From: Candidatus Saccharimonadota bacterium
GTDB taxonomy: Bacteria > Pseudomonadota > Alphaproteobacteria > CAJXXZ01 > 1604HC
Length of the DNA: 32,000 nucleotides
Assembly (NCBI RefSeq): GCF_008189285.1
Contig: NZ_CP043315.1
Coordinates: 120,001 to 152,000, forward strand
Direction: 5' to 3'
Within the stretch, counting starts at the first letter, position 1; the number at the start of each line of letters is the position of its first letter. A model generated the notes under the pieces. The model was not told the origin of the DNA. It worked only from the letters and a program-made list of their open reading frames with translations, and did no database searches. Positions 18,186 to 30,096 of this stretch are shown piece after piece. A program made the translations under genes and the position numbers.

Positions 18186-20582
18186 ATGAATGATGATTTC
18201 GCTTTAAAAATTGAACAAGCTCCAGTTTTGCCTTTGCAAAATATGGTTATTTTCCCAAATATGATTTTGCCTGTATTTATTGCAAGAGATATTTCAAGGA
18301 TTATTATTGAAGATAAGAGCAATAGCCATATAATTTTAGTTGCGCAAAAAGATTTAACTAAAGATGATCCTTTTCCAAAAGATTTATATAAAATTGGTAC
18401 ATTATGTAGAATTATACAGCATGTGCAATTAGCTGATGGAACAATCAAAATTATGATTGAAGGTGAAAAAAGAGTTCAATTAAATGAATATACACAAGAT
18501 AGGCCATTTATGGTTGCTGATTATGTGGAATTGCCTAATGAAGATGAAGATAATGAGAAGCATGCTGCATTATTTAGAGCTTTGGCAAAATCTTTTGTAA
18601 AATATATCAAGAAAATTGAGAGAAATTCTACTGAGCTAATTGCTGAAGTTGAGAATACATCTGATATTGATAAGGGCTCTAATTTAGTTGCAAGCAATCT
18701 TTCAATTAAAAATAGTGAAAAACAAGATATATTAGAAGAAACTAAGCTGAGTTCTAAGTTAAGTAAGTTGATTGAAATGATTGAACTAGAACTGCAAATC
18801 TTAGAAACTGAGACAAGTATTAGAGATAGAATTAAAAAACAAATTGATGAGCATCAAAAGAGTTATTTATTACAAGAGCAAATGAAAGCTATTCAAAAAG
18901 AATTAAATGATGGAGAAGAAGATCCTATAGATGAAATTAAGAGCAAGCTAGATAAACTAAATGCTCCCGCTGAAGTGAAAGAAAGAATTGAATCAGAGAT
19001 TAAAAAATTGAAATTAATGAGCGCTATGTCTGCTGAATCTTCAATTGTTAAGGGTTACATTGATTGTATTATGGAGCTTCCGTGGAGGAAATTTTCTGTT
19101 TTAAATAAAAATTTTGCTAAATCTAAAGAAATTTTAGATAACGATCACTATGGATTAGAGAAAATTAAAGAAAGAATTTATGAATTATTAGCTGTTCAAA
19201 TGAGAGTTAAGAAGAGCAAAAGCTCGATTATGTGTTTATTTGGACCTCCAGGAGTTGGAAAAACTTCTGTTGCAAAGTCTATCGCAAAGGCAATGGGAAG
19301 GCCTTTTGTAAGGATTTCTCTTGGAGGGGTTCATGATGAAGCAGAAATAAGAGGTCATAGAAGAACATATATTGGAGCTATGCCTGGAAAAATTATTCAA
19401 GCAATTAAAAAAGCAAAAGTATCAAATCCTCTGATTTTATTGGATGAAATTGGTAAGGTTGGACATGACGTTAAAGGAGATCCTGCAGCTGCATTATTGG
19501 AAGTGTTGGATCCAGAGCAAAATCACGCCTTCCAAGATAATTATTTAGATTTAGGATATGACTTATCTGATGTTTTATTTGTTGCTACTACGAATAGTTT
19601 GAATTTACCTCCAGCTTTAGTTGATCGTTTGGAAATTATAAGAATTTCTGGATACACAGAGATGGAAAAAGTGCATATTGCTGAGAAGCATTTGATTGCA
19701 AGGCAAAAGAAATTGCATGGATTAAAAAATGGAGAATTATCTTTTTCAAGAGAATCTTTGCATGAATTGATATCAAAATACACAAGAGAAGCTGGCGTTA
19801 GAAACTTAGAGAGAGAAATAGCAAATATTTGTCGAAAAACAGTAAAAATGATTGTAAGCAAAGAGAAAGAAAAGATTCATGTTTCTAAAAATAGTTTGTA
19901 TAAATTACTTGGAATGCAAAAATATTCCTCTGATAAAGCTGAGTTAGAAGATAGAATAGGTGTTTGCACAGGAATGGCTTGGACCGAAATGGGTGGAGAT
20001 ATTCTGTACATTGAATCTTCTGCTTTTAGCGGAACAGGGAAAATAGTTAGCACGGGTCATTTAGGAGATGTAATGAAGGAGTCTATTCAAGCAGCAATGA
20101 CTTTTATTAAATCTCAAGCAAATAAATATAATATTGATATTGCGTTATTAAATAAAACAGATGTTCATGTTCATGTGCCTGAAGGGGCAATTCCTAAAGA
20201 TGGTCCATCTGCTGGAGTTGCAATGTGTTGTTCAATTATGTCTGCTTTATTGAAGAAAAATGTAAAAAGAAATTTGGCTATGACAGGTGAAATTAGCTTG
20301 AGAGGAAGAGTATTGCCTATTGGAGGGGTGAAGGAAAAAGTTTTGGCAGCTCATAGATCTGGAATTGAAAATATTGTTTTGCCTAAAAAGAACGAAAAAG
20401 ATTTAGAAGAAGTTCCTTCTTATGTAAAGAAAAGCATTAATTTTCATCTATGCGAATATGTAGATGAAGTAATTCAAATTGCTATTCCAGATTTAAGCGA
20501 AGGAAAATTAAGAAGTGAAGATTCAAAGAGCGAGAATGAAGGCTCAAATGATATCAGTAAAAATGCAAAGAAATGCGATTGA
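18186..20582 (+). CDS. lon: ATP-dependent Lon protease
   Basis: 798 aa with a LON N-terminal domain, an AAA+ Walker A GPPGVGKTS, Walker B LLDEIGK and the protease active-site loop PKDGPSAGVAM. It ends with TGA. Confidence 0.97.
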   Translation: MNDDFALKIEQAPVLPLQNMVIFPNMILPVFIARDISRIIIEDKSNSHIILVAQKDLTKDDPFPKDLYKIGTLCRIIQHVQLADGTIKIMIEGEKRVQLNEYTQDRPFMVADYVELPNEDEDNEKHAALFRALAKSFVKYIKKIERNSTELIAEVENTSDIDKGSNLVASNLSIKNSEKQDILEETKLSSKLSKLIEMIELELQILETETSIRDRIKKQIDEHQKSYLLQEQMKAIQKELNDGEEDPIDEIKSKLDKLNAPAEVKERIESEIKKLKLMSAMSAESSIVKGYIDCIMELPWRKFSVLNKNFAKSKEILDNDHYGLEKIKERIYELLAVQMRVKKSKSSIMCLFGPPGVGKTSVAKSIAKAMGRPFVRISLGGVHDEAEIRGHRRTYIGAMPGKIIQAIKKAKVSNPLILLDEIGKVGHDVKGDPAAALLEVLDPEQNHAFQDNYLDLGYDLSDVLFVATTNSLNLPPALVDRLEIIRISGYTEMEKVHIAEKHLIARQKKLHGLKNGELSFSRESLHELISKYTREAGVRNLEREIANICRKTVKMIVSKEKEKIHVSKNSLYKLLGMQKYSSDKAELEDRIGVCTGMAWTEMGGDILYIESSAFSGTGKIVSTGHLGDVMKESIQAAMTFIKSQANKYNIDIALLNKTDVHVHVPEGAIPKDGPSAGVAMCCSIMSALLKKNVKRNLAMTGEISLRGRVLPIGGVKEKVLAAHRSGIENIVLPKKNEKDLEEVPSYVKKSINFHLCEYVDEVIQIAIPDLSEGKLRSEDSKSENEGSNDISKNAKKCD

Positions 20583-20639
20583 TCTGATTATTTAAATTAA
20601 TTATATAAATATATTAATAAAGCGAGTAAAATTAAACAA

Positions 20640-21959
20640 ATGATTCATAAAAAAACAGAAATTCAATTGGATAAAATCAAATTATTTAATAGTTTGATGT
20701 CTAAAAAAGAGGAATTTATTCCTTTTGATGATAAATGTGTGAAAATTTATGCCTGTGGCCCAACAATATATAAATCTCCTCATGTAGGGAATTTTAGATC
20801 ATTTATTATTTTTGATGTATTGTTTAGATTTATGCAGCAAATTTACCCAAAAGTTATTTATGTCAGAAATTTGACCGATATAGATGATAAAATTATTAGC
20901 GAATCTAAATTGAGAAATATTCCACACAAAAGCCTTACAAATGAAGTTCATGAAAGTTTTAAATTTGATTCAGAAAAACTGAATGTTTTAAATCCAACTT
21001 ACGAGCCTAAAGCTACTGAATATATACATAATATGATTCAAGATATAGAAAAATTAATTGAAAATGGATTTGCATATGTTGCAGATGGGAATGTTTTGTT
21101 TGACTCAACAAAATATGATGATTATAGAGCTTTTTGTAAGAATATGAACTCTGAATCTGGAGCTAGGATTGAATTGACATCAATCAAAAAGCATGAAAAT
21201 GATTTTGTTCTTTGGAAGCCATCTAATGATGTATTTTGGAGTAGTCCATGGGGAAATGGTAGGCCAGGGTGGCATATTGAGTGCACTTCCATGAGCAAAG
21301 AGATACTTGGATTTCCATTTGACATTCATTGTGGGGGTCAAGATTTAATTTTCCCTCATCATACAAATGAAAGAGCTCAAGGATACGGTCTTTGCAATGT
21401 TGATTGTGCTAAGTATTGGATTCACAATCATTTTGTAAATATAGATAATAATAAAATGTCTAAAAGTTCAAGCAATGCTTTGGATTTGAAAAAGTTGCTT
21501 GAAAAATACAATCCAATGGTTATTCGATTATTTTTACTTATGTCGCATTACAGACATCCTATGAATTGGAGCGAAGATGGGCTGGAAGAAGCTGGAAATA
21601 TATATGCAAAATGGAAGAGAAGTTTGTCAGAAATTGAGATAGGAAATACAATTCTCAGCTCTGTTTATAATGCGCTAGCTGATGATATAAATACTCCTTT
21701 GGCTATTAAAAAAATTAGCGAAATTATTAAAAATAATGAAGATTTAGGAAGTGCGAAAAAATCATGTGAAATTCTTGGAATTCATTTTAATGATGCAGGT
21801 AGCATTGATAATGATTTGATTGAAGGTTTAGTGCAAAAAAGAGAAGAGGCAAGAAAAAATAAAGATTATAATTTGTCAGATCAAATTAGAGATCAATTAA
21901 AGCAAATGGGAATTATTATCGAAGATTCAAAAGATGGAATAAAATGGAGAAAAGAATAA
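20640..21959 (+). CDS. cysS: Cysteine--tRNA ligase
   Basis: 439 aa. CGPTIYKSPHVGNFRS (HIGH region), KMSKS and the WHIEC zinc-site region. Confidence 0.95.
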   Translation: MIHKKTEIQLDKIKLFNSLMSKKEEFIPFDDKCVKIYACGPTIYKSPHVGNFRSFIIFDVLFRFMQQIYPKVIYVRNLTDIDDKIISESKLRNIPHKSLTNEVHESFKFDSEKLNVLNPTYEPKATEYIHNMIQDIEKLIENGFAYVADGNVLFDSTKYDDYRAFCKNMNSESGARIELTSIKKHENDFVLWKPSNDVFWSSPWGNGRPGWHIECTSMSKEILGFPFDIHCGGQDLIFPHHTNERAQGYGLCNVDCAKYWIHNHFVNIDNNKMSKSSSNALDLKKLLEKYNPMVIRLFLLMSHYRHPMNWSEDGLEEAGNIYAKWKRSLSEIEIGNTILSSVYNALADDINTPLAIKKISEIIKNNEDLGSAKKSCEILGIHFNDAGSIDNDLIEGLVQKREEARKNKDYNLSDQIRDQLKQMGIIIEDSKDGIKWRKE

Positions 21960-22690
21960 TGTCTAGTGGAAAATTTAATGTATTAATTGATCCATTTCAT
22001 ATTATTAATAAATACAATTGCATTGTTATATATGGAAAACATGAAGAAATTGCATATAGTTTGTTTGATGAATTTAGTGGAGCAGTTGTAGATTGCAAGG
22101 AATTTAAAAATTTCAATTTACTTCAAAATTCACTTATTCCTGAGCCAGACTTAAAGATAAAAATGTCTCCAAAAGATTTTAAAGAGGTTTTTAAGCAAGA
22201 TATTACGCAGTGGCAGAGAAAATGTATTATTTTGCTTGATAAAAAGCCTGTAGATATTCCGAATCATGATTTAATTGCTGAAATTAATTGCGATTTAGTG
22301 AATGTAAATAAATTTCTTGAATTTCATATCAAAAGATTGGATTATAAGTTTAATAGTATAGATGATTTATTTTGGGTGAAAAATTTACATGATCTTCATT
22401 TTGCAAATAAGATAAATCTAATTGATCCAAACGCGGTTAGCAATATGTCTACTCATGAAACAAATCAAATGAGCTTGATTAAGAAAAATGACGATAAATC
22501 TTTAAATGAATTTTGGTCAATTATGGAAAACCCTTGGTCTTGGATTAGATATTTGCAGCATTTTTACAACTACAGGAATGATGATGCAAAATCTGCAATG
22601 TGTAAGCATTTAGAGTTGTGGTCTCATAAATATGTACCAAATGATGAAATTTTTATATGGCTTCTTAGGTCTATTTTAATGAGAAATTGA
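21944..22690 (+). CDS. Hypothetical protein, possibly a reduced DNA polymerase III delta subunit (holA-like)
   Basis: 248 aa. The segments CIVIYGKHEE and AEINCDLVNVNKFLEFHIKRLDYKFNSIDDL loosely follow the HolA pattern. An alternative TAATG-coupled start lies at 21959. The functional call is weak. Confidence 0.35.
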   Translation: MEKRIMSSGKFNVLIDPFHIINKYNCIVIYGKHEEIAYSLFDEFSGAVVDCKEFKNFNLLQNSLIPEPDLKIKMSPKDFKEVFKQDITQWQRKCIILLDKKPVDIPNHDLIAEINCDLVNVNKFLEFHIKRLDYKFNSIDDLFWVKNLHDLHFANKINLIDPNAVSNMSTHETNQMSLIKKNDDKSLNEFWSIMENPWSWIRYLQHFYNYRNDDAKSAMCKHLELWSHKYVPNDEIFIWLLRSILMRN

Positions 22691-22824
22691 TTTTTAATTC
22701 AGTTTGAGAAATTGATTTGTAATTCAATCTTTTAATATGAAATTCAAGAAATTCATTGATATTTATTAGATTATATTTATTGGGGTGATTTTGATTTTAT
22801 TCTTTGGGATTCACTCTCTGAAAA

Positions 22825-22874
22825 GTTTTTTGCTTAGCGCTGGAATTAAATGTTTTTTGCTTAGCGCTGGAATT
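22825..22874. repeat. Direct repeat, 23 nt x 2 (gttttttgcttagcgctggaatt), period 27
   Basis: Perfect copies at 22825-22847 and 22852-22874, about 80 nt upstream of the hisS start. Each contains the palindrome agcgct. Confidence 0.85.
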
Positions 22875-22954
22875 GAGTTTAAAATTTAAGAATCGAGTTG
22901 GAGATTGGTATGCTAGATAACTATTTCTGTGCAAAAATGTTATCTTAAGAGCAT

Positions 22955-24145
22955 ATGAATGTTAAAGGCACAATTGATTGGATAGATAATTATAATCTTA
23001 GGAAATATGTTATTGATAAATTTTCTAAAACAATGAATTCATGTGGATTTGACATGATAGAGCCTTCTATTTTAGAGCGATGTGAATTTTTTGTTCGAAC
23101 TGTTGGATCTAGTTCAGAAATAATGCAAAAGGAAATGTTTTTTGCTGTTTCTAAAGATAAGCAAGATTTAGATATAGTTTTAAGACCTGAGTTTACTACA
23201 TCTGTGGTGAGATCTTTAATTGAATCTGGTGATATATATGACAAAAGAGTGTCATATTTTGGAAAAACATTTAGACATAATAGGCCTCAAAAAGGACGTT
23301 ACAGAGAATTTACTCAACTTGGGTGTGAAGTTTTTGACGATAATCCATATACTGATATTGATGTAATTTATAGCGCTGTGAAATTTTTGCAAGAAATTGG
23401 CGTGAGCATAAAAGTTAAAATGAATTCTTTGGGTAGCTTCGAAACTATTGCTTCTTATAATGAAGTTTTGAAAAAATATCTTACTGAAAATAACATATTT
23501 CATGATGAATCTAATCCTATGCGCGCTTTAGATAAAATGACAAATGCAGATAAGCAAAAATATGATATTCCAAAGATTAGAGATTGCATGAGTGATGATG
23601 ATATTAAAAGATTTGACATAGTTTGCAGTGGTTTGAAAAAATTGAATGTTAATTTTGAACTAGATGATTATTTAGTTCGTGGTTTAGATTATTATAATCA
23701 TACTATTTTCGAGATAGAAAATAATGATTTAGGGATGTCAATTTTAGGTGGTGGAGCATATTCAGGACTTGTAAAGAAAATGGGAGGGCCTGATATTTCT
23801 GGGATTGGATGGTCATTTGGGCTTGAAAGAATTCTTATGATGGATGTGAAATTTGAGCAAGATGATAGTAAAATTATTGTTGTTTCAATAGATGAGCATG
23901 ATTATACATTGAATATTGTTAATTTACTTAGAAATAAGTATAAAACTTTCGCGTTATTTAATGATTTTAAGAAATCATTGAAGAAATTAGGAAAACTAGA
24001 TCCAAAATATATTGTTTTTTGTGGAACAGAAGAAAGACAAAACAATGTTGTTAAAATAAAAAATTGCATAACTGGAGAACAGGATAAAATTGCTATAGAT
24101 GATATGTTGAATTATATTGACCAAAGAATGATTTTGAAGGATTGA
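22955..24145 (+). CDS. hisS: Histidine--tRNA ligase
   Basis: 396 aa. Class II motifs RPEFTTSVVR, FRHNRPQKGRYREFTQLGCE and GGGAYSGLV...GWSFGLERI. The stop is TGA at 24143-24145. Confidence 0.93.
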   Translation: MNVKGTIDWIDNYNLRKYVIDKFSKTMNSCGFDMIEPSILERCEFFVRTVGSSSEIMQKEMFFAVSKDKQDLDIVLRPEFTTSVVRSLIESGDIYDKRVSYFGKTFRHNRPQKGRYREFTQLGCEVFDDNPYTDIDVIYSAVKFLQEIGVSIKVKMNSLGSFETIASYNEVLKKYLTENNIFHDESNPMRALDKMTNADKQKYDIPKIRDCMSDDDIKRFDIVCSGLKKLNVNFELDDYLVRGLDYYNHTIFEIENNDLGMSILGGGAYSGLVKKMGGPDISGIGWSFGLERILMMDVKFEQDDSKIIVVSIDEHDYTLNIVNLLRNKYKTFALFNDFKKSLKKLGKLDPKYIVFCGTEERQNNVVKIKNCITGEQDKIAIDDMLNYIDQRMILKD

Positions 24146-24147
24146 TT

Positions 24148-25200
24148 ATGTGGTGGAAAGAGATTGTTAGAAAATATAAAGTTTTAGAGAAAGAATTACA
24201 GGATATAAATATATCTAAGGAAGATTTATTGCAGAAATCTAAAGATTTAGGAAATATTTCAAAAGAATATGAAATAGCGCAGAAATTAGAAGATTTACAT
24301 TTCGATTTAGAAGAAATTTCTGCCATGATTGTTGAATCTAAGGAACAATGGCTTTTTGATCAAAAGAAAGAAGCAGAAAATGCAATTGAAATCCTTCATA
24401 AAGAATTTGTTGATTTGAAAGATAAATCAAAAATGCAATCACTTATGTTGGAAATTCGCCCAGGCGCTGGTGGAGACGAAGCAGGGTTATTCGCATATAT
24501 ATTGTTAGAGATGTATATTAGATATTCGCAACATAAAAATTGGTCGATTGAAATTATGTCAAAAAATATTACAGAAGTTAAAGGGCTTAAGGAAGCTGTT
24601 TTGTATATTAAAGGTGAAAATGCTTACGATATTATGCAATATGAATCAGGAGTGCATAGAGTTCAAAGAGTCCCTCAAACAGAATCTAGTGGAAGAATTC
24701 ACACTTCCACAGCAACGGTTGCTGCTCTAGAAGAAAAAGAAGATATTGAAGTTGAGATTAAACATGAGCATTTAAGAATGGACGTTTATCGCTCTAGTGG
24801 GCCTGGAGGTCAATCTGTGAATACTACAGATAGTGCGGTGAGATTGACATATTCTTCTCCAGATGTGGATCAAATTGTTGTGTGCATGCAAGATGAGAAA
24901 TCTCAACATAAGAATAGAGAAAGAGGCATGAAAGTATTGAAAACAAGATTACGCGATGCAATTGAACAGAAGCAACACAAGGAAATGGCAGATCATAGAA
25001 AGACGCAAGTTGGATCTGGAGATAGATCAGAAAGAATTAGAACTTATAATTTCCCACAAAATAGAATTACAGATCATCGTTCAAAATTAACAGTTCATGG
25101 CTTAAATGAAATTTTTGTTACAAATCCAGATACTCTAGAAAAAGTGATTTTTTCTATGAAAGAGAAGAATGTTCATAGTGAATTGAATTCTGAAAATTAA
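24148..25200 (+). CDS. prfA: Peptide chain release factor 1
   Basis: RF1 recognition loop RVPQTESSGRIHTS (PxT type) and the GGQ motif SGPGGQSVNTTDSAVR. The ORF track starts at TTG 24142, overlapping the hisS stop. The first ATG is at 24148. Confidence 0.93.
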   Translation: MWWKEIVRKYKVLEKELQDINISKEDLLQKSKDLGNISKEYEIAQKLEDLHFDLEEISAMIVESKEQWLFDQKKEAENAIEILHKEFVDLKDKSKMQSLMLEIRPGAGGDEAGLFAYILLEMYIRYSQHKNWSIEIMSKNITEVKGLKEAVLYIKGENAYDIMQYESGVHRVQRVPQTESSGRIHTSTATVAALEEKEDIEVEIKHEHLRMDVYRSSGPGGQSVNTTDSAVRLTYSSPDVDQIVVCMQDEKSQHKNRERGMKVLKTRLRDAIEQKQHKEMADHRKTQVGSGDRSERIRTYNFPQNRITDHRSKLTVHGLNEIFVTNPDTLEKVIFSMKEKNVHSELNSEN

Positions 25201-25440
25201 TGAAATTAGCCTGAATTGTAAAAGATTTTCTTCAAATTACTGAAATCATTCCTTTGATTTATTCGTTTTTGCCAAACTTATTCAAATAATAATTGCCAAC
25301 AAAGAATCTATGCATGTTAATTTTATGAGGAATTACATGAGAAAAGTTTTGAATATTATATAATTTAAAGAAAATATCATAAAGTTATTTATCAAAAAAA
25401 CAAATAAACTATTTCTATATATAATTATTTAAATGGACTA

Positions 25441-25625
25441 TAAAGTTGTTCATATTGGCGGATCAGCCTTCATAAATAAAATATACTTCTAAAGGCAAAA
25501 CAGCTTTTACAAATCTATTTCTGGCCTGCTTTTAGCGGAGTCACCAGCGCTATATACCAAGAATAATTCACATTTTGCTGGATCTTTTTCAGAGCATTCT
25601 GCAAGCCTTTTGAGAACTTGAAATT
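25441..25625 (-). pseudogene. Decayed internal fragment of gyrB (Toprim region), same orientation as the intact gene
   Basis: 25491-25624 aligns to gyrB 28000-28137 at roughly 88-90 percent identity by eye. It carries a 2-nt insertion and a 6-nt deletion that destroy the frame and the EGDSAGG motif. Weaker gapped similarity continues to about 25441 (matching about 27926-27999). Confidence 0.8.
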
Positions 25626-26046
25626 ATGAATTTCTTTTTGAATTTTTTGTATATTCCAAAAGATTTTCTATTGGTTTTGGATTTCTTAATATACTATGCT
25701 CACGTTCCACTGTATTTGAACTTAAATATACATCTTTAAGAAATCTAGAAAAGGAATTTAAATCTTCAAATGTTGCAATTCTAATGTCAAATTTGCAGCA
25801 TTCTCTACTAGAGGTAGGTTTAGTAGAAAAGAAAACAGGAGCGCATCCTAGAGAATTTATAAAATATCTCCCTTCTAAGAATTTCTCTTTGCTTAAGTCT
25901 AGCAAATCGATATCTCCTCCTGTAATAATTAGCATTAGCTCTTTTAGCAATGTGTTTATTAGTTTCAATTGTATAAGATTTCTTAAGAGCAAATAACTAT
26001 AATCTTCCATTAGCAACCTTGTTACGTTGATTCTATCATGTCTCAT
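25624..26046 (-). CDS. Hypothetical protein homologous to the C-terminal module of the 443-aa paralog at 29522-30853
   Basis: 140 aa. Shared blocks with residues about 297-443 of the 443-aa ORF are MRHDRIN, LLLRNxIQL, KEL, DLLDLxKExF, LKDVY and NPKPIENLLEY. The start lies 10 nt after the stop of the 273-aa ORF. Confidence 0.7.
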   Translation of the reverse strand: MRHDRINVTRLLMEDYSYLLLRNLIQLKLINTLLKELMLIITGGDIDLLDLSKEKFLEGRYFINSLGCAPVFFSTKPTSSRECCKFDIRIATFEDLNSFSRFLKDVYLSSNTVEREHSILRNPKPIENLLEYTKNSKRNS

Positions 26047-26056
26047 TTCGCCAAAT

Positions 26057-26878
26057 TTATGTGTTTGTAAATTTCTTGCTCTTCTTTGCTGAGATTAAAA
26101 AATTTACTGTAGTTTTGGCATTTGCAATCTTCAATGCAATTTTCAGATACTTTTCATAATCACATATGCCAGGTTCACCAACTACTGCTGATGCTCCATC
26201 ACTGCCAAGTTTTCTAAATCTTTTGCCAATGTTGCGACATATATAATCATCGTAATCATCATTTCGAAATTTATAATCAATTTTCAAAGTATCAATTTTC
26301 ATGCCAGATGGTATAATATTCATTTCACTAAATCCATTTATTCCTATCTCCAACTTTTCAATAGGAGCATTAAAAATAATTGATAATAGAAAATGAGGAA
26401 TACTTTTTGATATATCTAAAGCTCCTACACTTTCTCCACTTATTGCATAACCTCCATTGTAACCTTCTGATATTATGTTCCAGACTTCGCCTGGCTCTCC
26501 GTCAAGAATTCCTTCCATTTTACTGCAAGATATTTCATCCATGATTTGCTTTCCTAGATGTTGATCAATGCCACCTTTTATAGCATCTTCACTGATATCC
26601 ATGTGAAGTAGCTTAAATGCATTTGCTTGAGTGCAATTGCTCATCCTTACATCATCAGTGTTATATAGTTTAGATTTTAATTCATAAGTTACAGATAAAA
26701 ACATCATAATAGCATTTATGTTTATCGTATTAGTTCCTGGTTGGCATAGATCTTTAAATGAACTTAATGCAGATTCTCTAGCTTTGGAATATTCCATCAC
26801 TTCAAAAGTGCAATTAATATTAGACATACTTGCTAAAATAGCGCATGACAATATAGTGCTTTGCAGTTTGTTTAACAT
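26057..26878 (-). CDS. Hypothetical, probably secreted protein; N-terminal 192 aa identical to the 443-aa paralog
   Basis: 273 aa with a signal-peptide-like N-terminus MLNKLQSTILSCAILASMS. Residues 1-192 are identical to ORF 29522-30853. The last 81 aa are unrelated to it. Confidence 0.8.
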   Translation of the reverse strand: MLNKLQSTILSCAILASMSNINCTFEVMEYSKARESALSSFKDLCQPGTNTININAIMMFLSVTYELKSKLYNTDDVRMSNCTQANAFKLLHMDISEDAIKGGIDQHLGKQIMDEISCSKMEGILDGEPGEVWNIISEGYNGGYAISGESVGALDISKSIPHFLLSIIFNAPIEKLEIGINGFSEMNIIPSGMKIDTLKIDYKFRNDDYDDYICRNIGKRFRKLGSDGASAVVGEPGICDYEKYLKIALKIANAKTTVNFLISAKKSKKFTNT

Positions 26879-26889
26879 GATTTATTTAT
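26304..26889 (-). repeat. Left arm of a 586-bp inverted repeat flanking gyrB
   Basis: It is the reverse complement of 29511-30096, with paired positions summing to 56400. I found 4 mismatches. Confidence 0.97.
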
Positions 26890-27050
26890 AGCAATTAATT
26901 TTACATTCTTAAAGCAGTATATTTGTATAAGATGCAAAAATGTTTAATAGAATTTTTCATAACTTTCATAATTTATAAATCAAATTTTTTAAATACAAAA
27001 AATCCTTTGAGAAGATTTGCTCTTGAGAAATTTATTAAATTGCAGAAGTG

Positions 27051-29348
<2,298 letters not shown>

Positions 29349-29510
29349 TTACTGCTATATAGGAATTTTTCCAACAGATTTATTATTATGCTATGTAAAT
29401 TTAAGCATTTTAATATAAATTATACAAAAAAAGAAAGAAATCAGCCTCAATAATCAAAAATATAAATCAAAATATTCAGATTTCCTTGACTAATTTTTTA
29501 AATTGAATTA

Positions 29511-30096
29511 ATAAATAAATCATGTTAAACAAACTGCAAAGCACTATATTGTCATGCGCTATTTTAGCAAGTATGTCTAATATTAATTGTACTTTTGAAG
29601 TAATGGAATATTCCAAAGCTAGAGAATCTGCATTAAGTTCATTTAAAGATCTATGCCAACCAGGAACTAATACGATAAACATAAATGCTATTATGATGTT
29701 TTTATCTGTAACTTATGAATTAAAATCTAAACTATATAACACTGATGATGTAAGGATGAGCAATTGCACTCAAGCAAATGCATTTAAGCTACTTCACATG
29801 GATATCAGTGAAGATGCTATAAAAGGTGGCATTGATCAACATCTAGGAAAGCAAATCATGGATGAAATATCTTGCAGTAAAATGGAAGGAATTCTTGACG
29901 GAGAGCCAGGCGAAGTCTGGAACATAATATCAGAAGGTTATAATGGAGGTTATGCAATAAGTGGAGAAAGTGTAGGAGCTTTAGATATATCAAAAAGTAT
30001 TCCACATTTTCTATTATCAATTATTTTTAATGCTCCTATTGAAAAGTTGGAGATAGGAATAAATGGATTTAGTGAAATGAATATTATACCATCTGG
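29511..30096 (+). repeat. Right arm of the 586-bp inverted repeat flanking gyrB
   Basis: It begins 11 nt upstream of the ATG at 29522 and ends inside codon 192 (Gly of IIPSG). Mismatches to the left arm are at 29590, 29602, 29941 and 30004. Confidence 0.97.

Noticed and set aside
18122-18448. 108-aa minus-strand ORF overlapping the lon start
   Set aside because: It is antisense to the conserved Lon N-terminal domain and has no recognisable features.
24640-24720. RF1 recognition tripeptide PQT instead of PAT
   Set aside because: The middle residue of the PxT motif varies naturally among RF1 orthologs. There is no evidence here for altered stop-codon specificity.
25201-25440. The prfA-downstream spacer as a carrier of further gene relics or an RNA gene
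   Set aside because: I could not align it to gyrB, to the paralogs or to birA. It has no conserved RNA motifs and appears to be plain AT-rich spacer.
29476-29682. 68-aa minus-strand ORF overlapping the start of the 443-aa paralog (and the similar antisense ORF 25784-25996)
   Set aside because: These are antisense to the better-supported long ORFs. The synonymous-only substitution pattern supports the sense frame.
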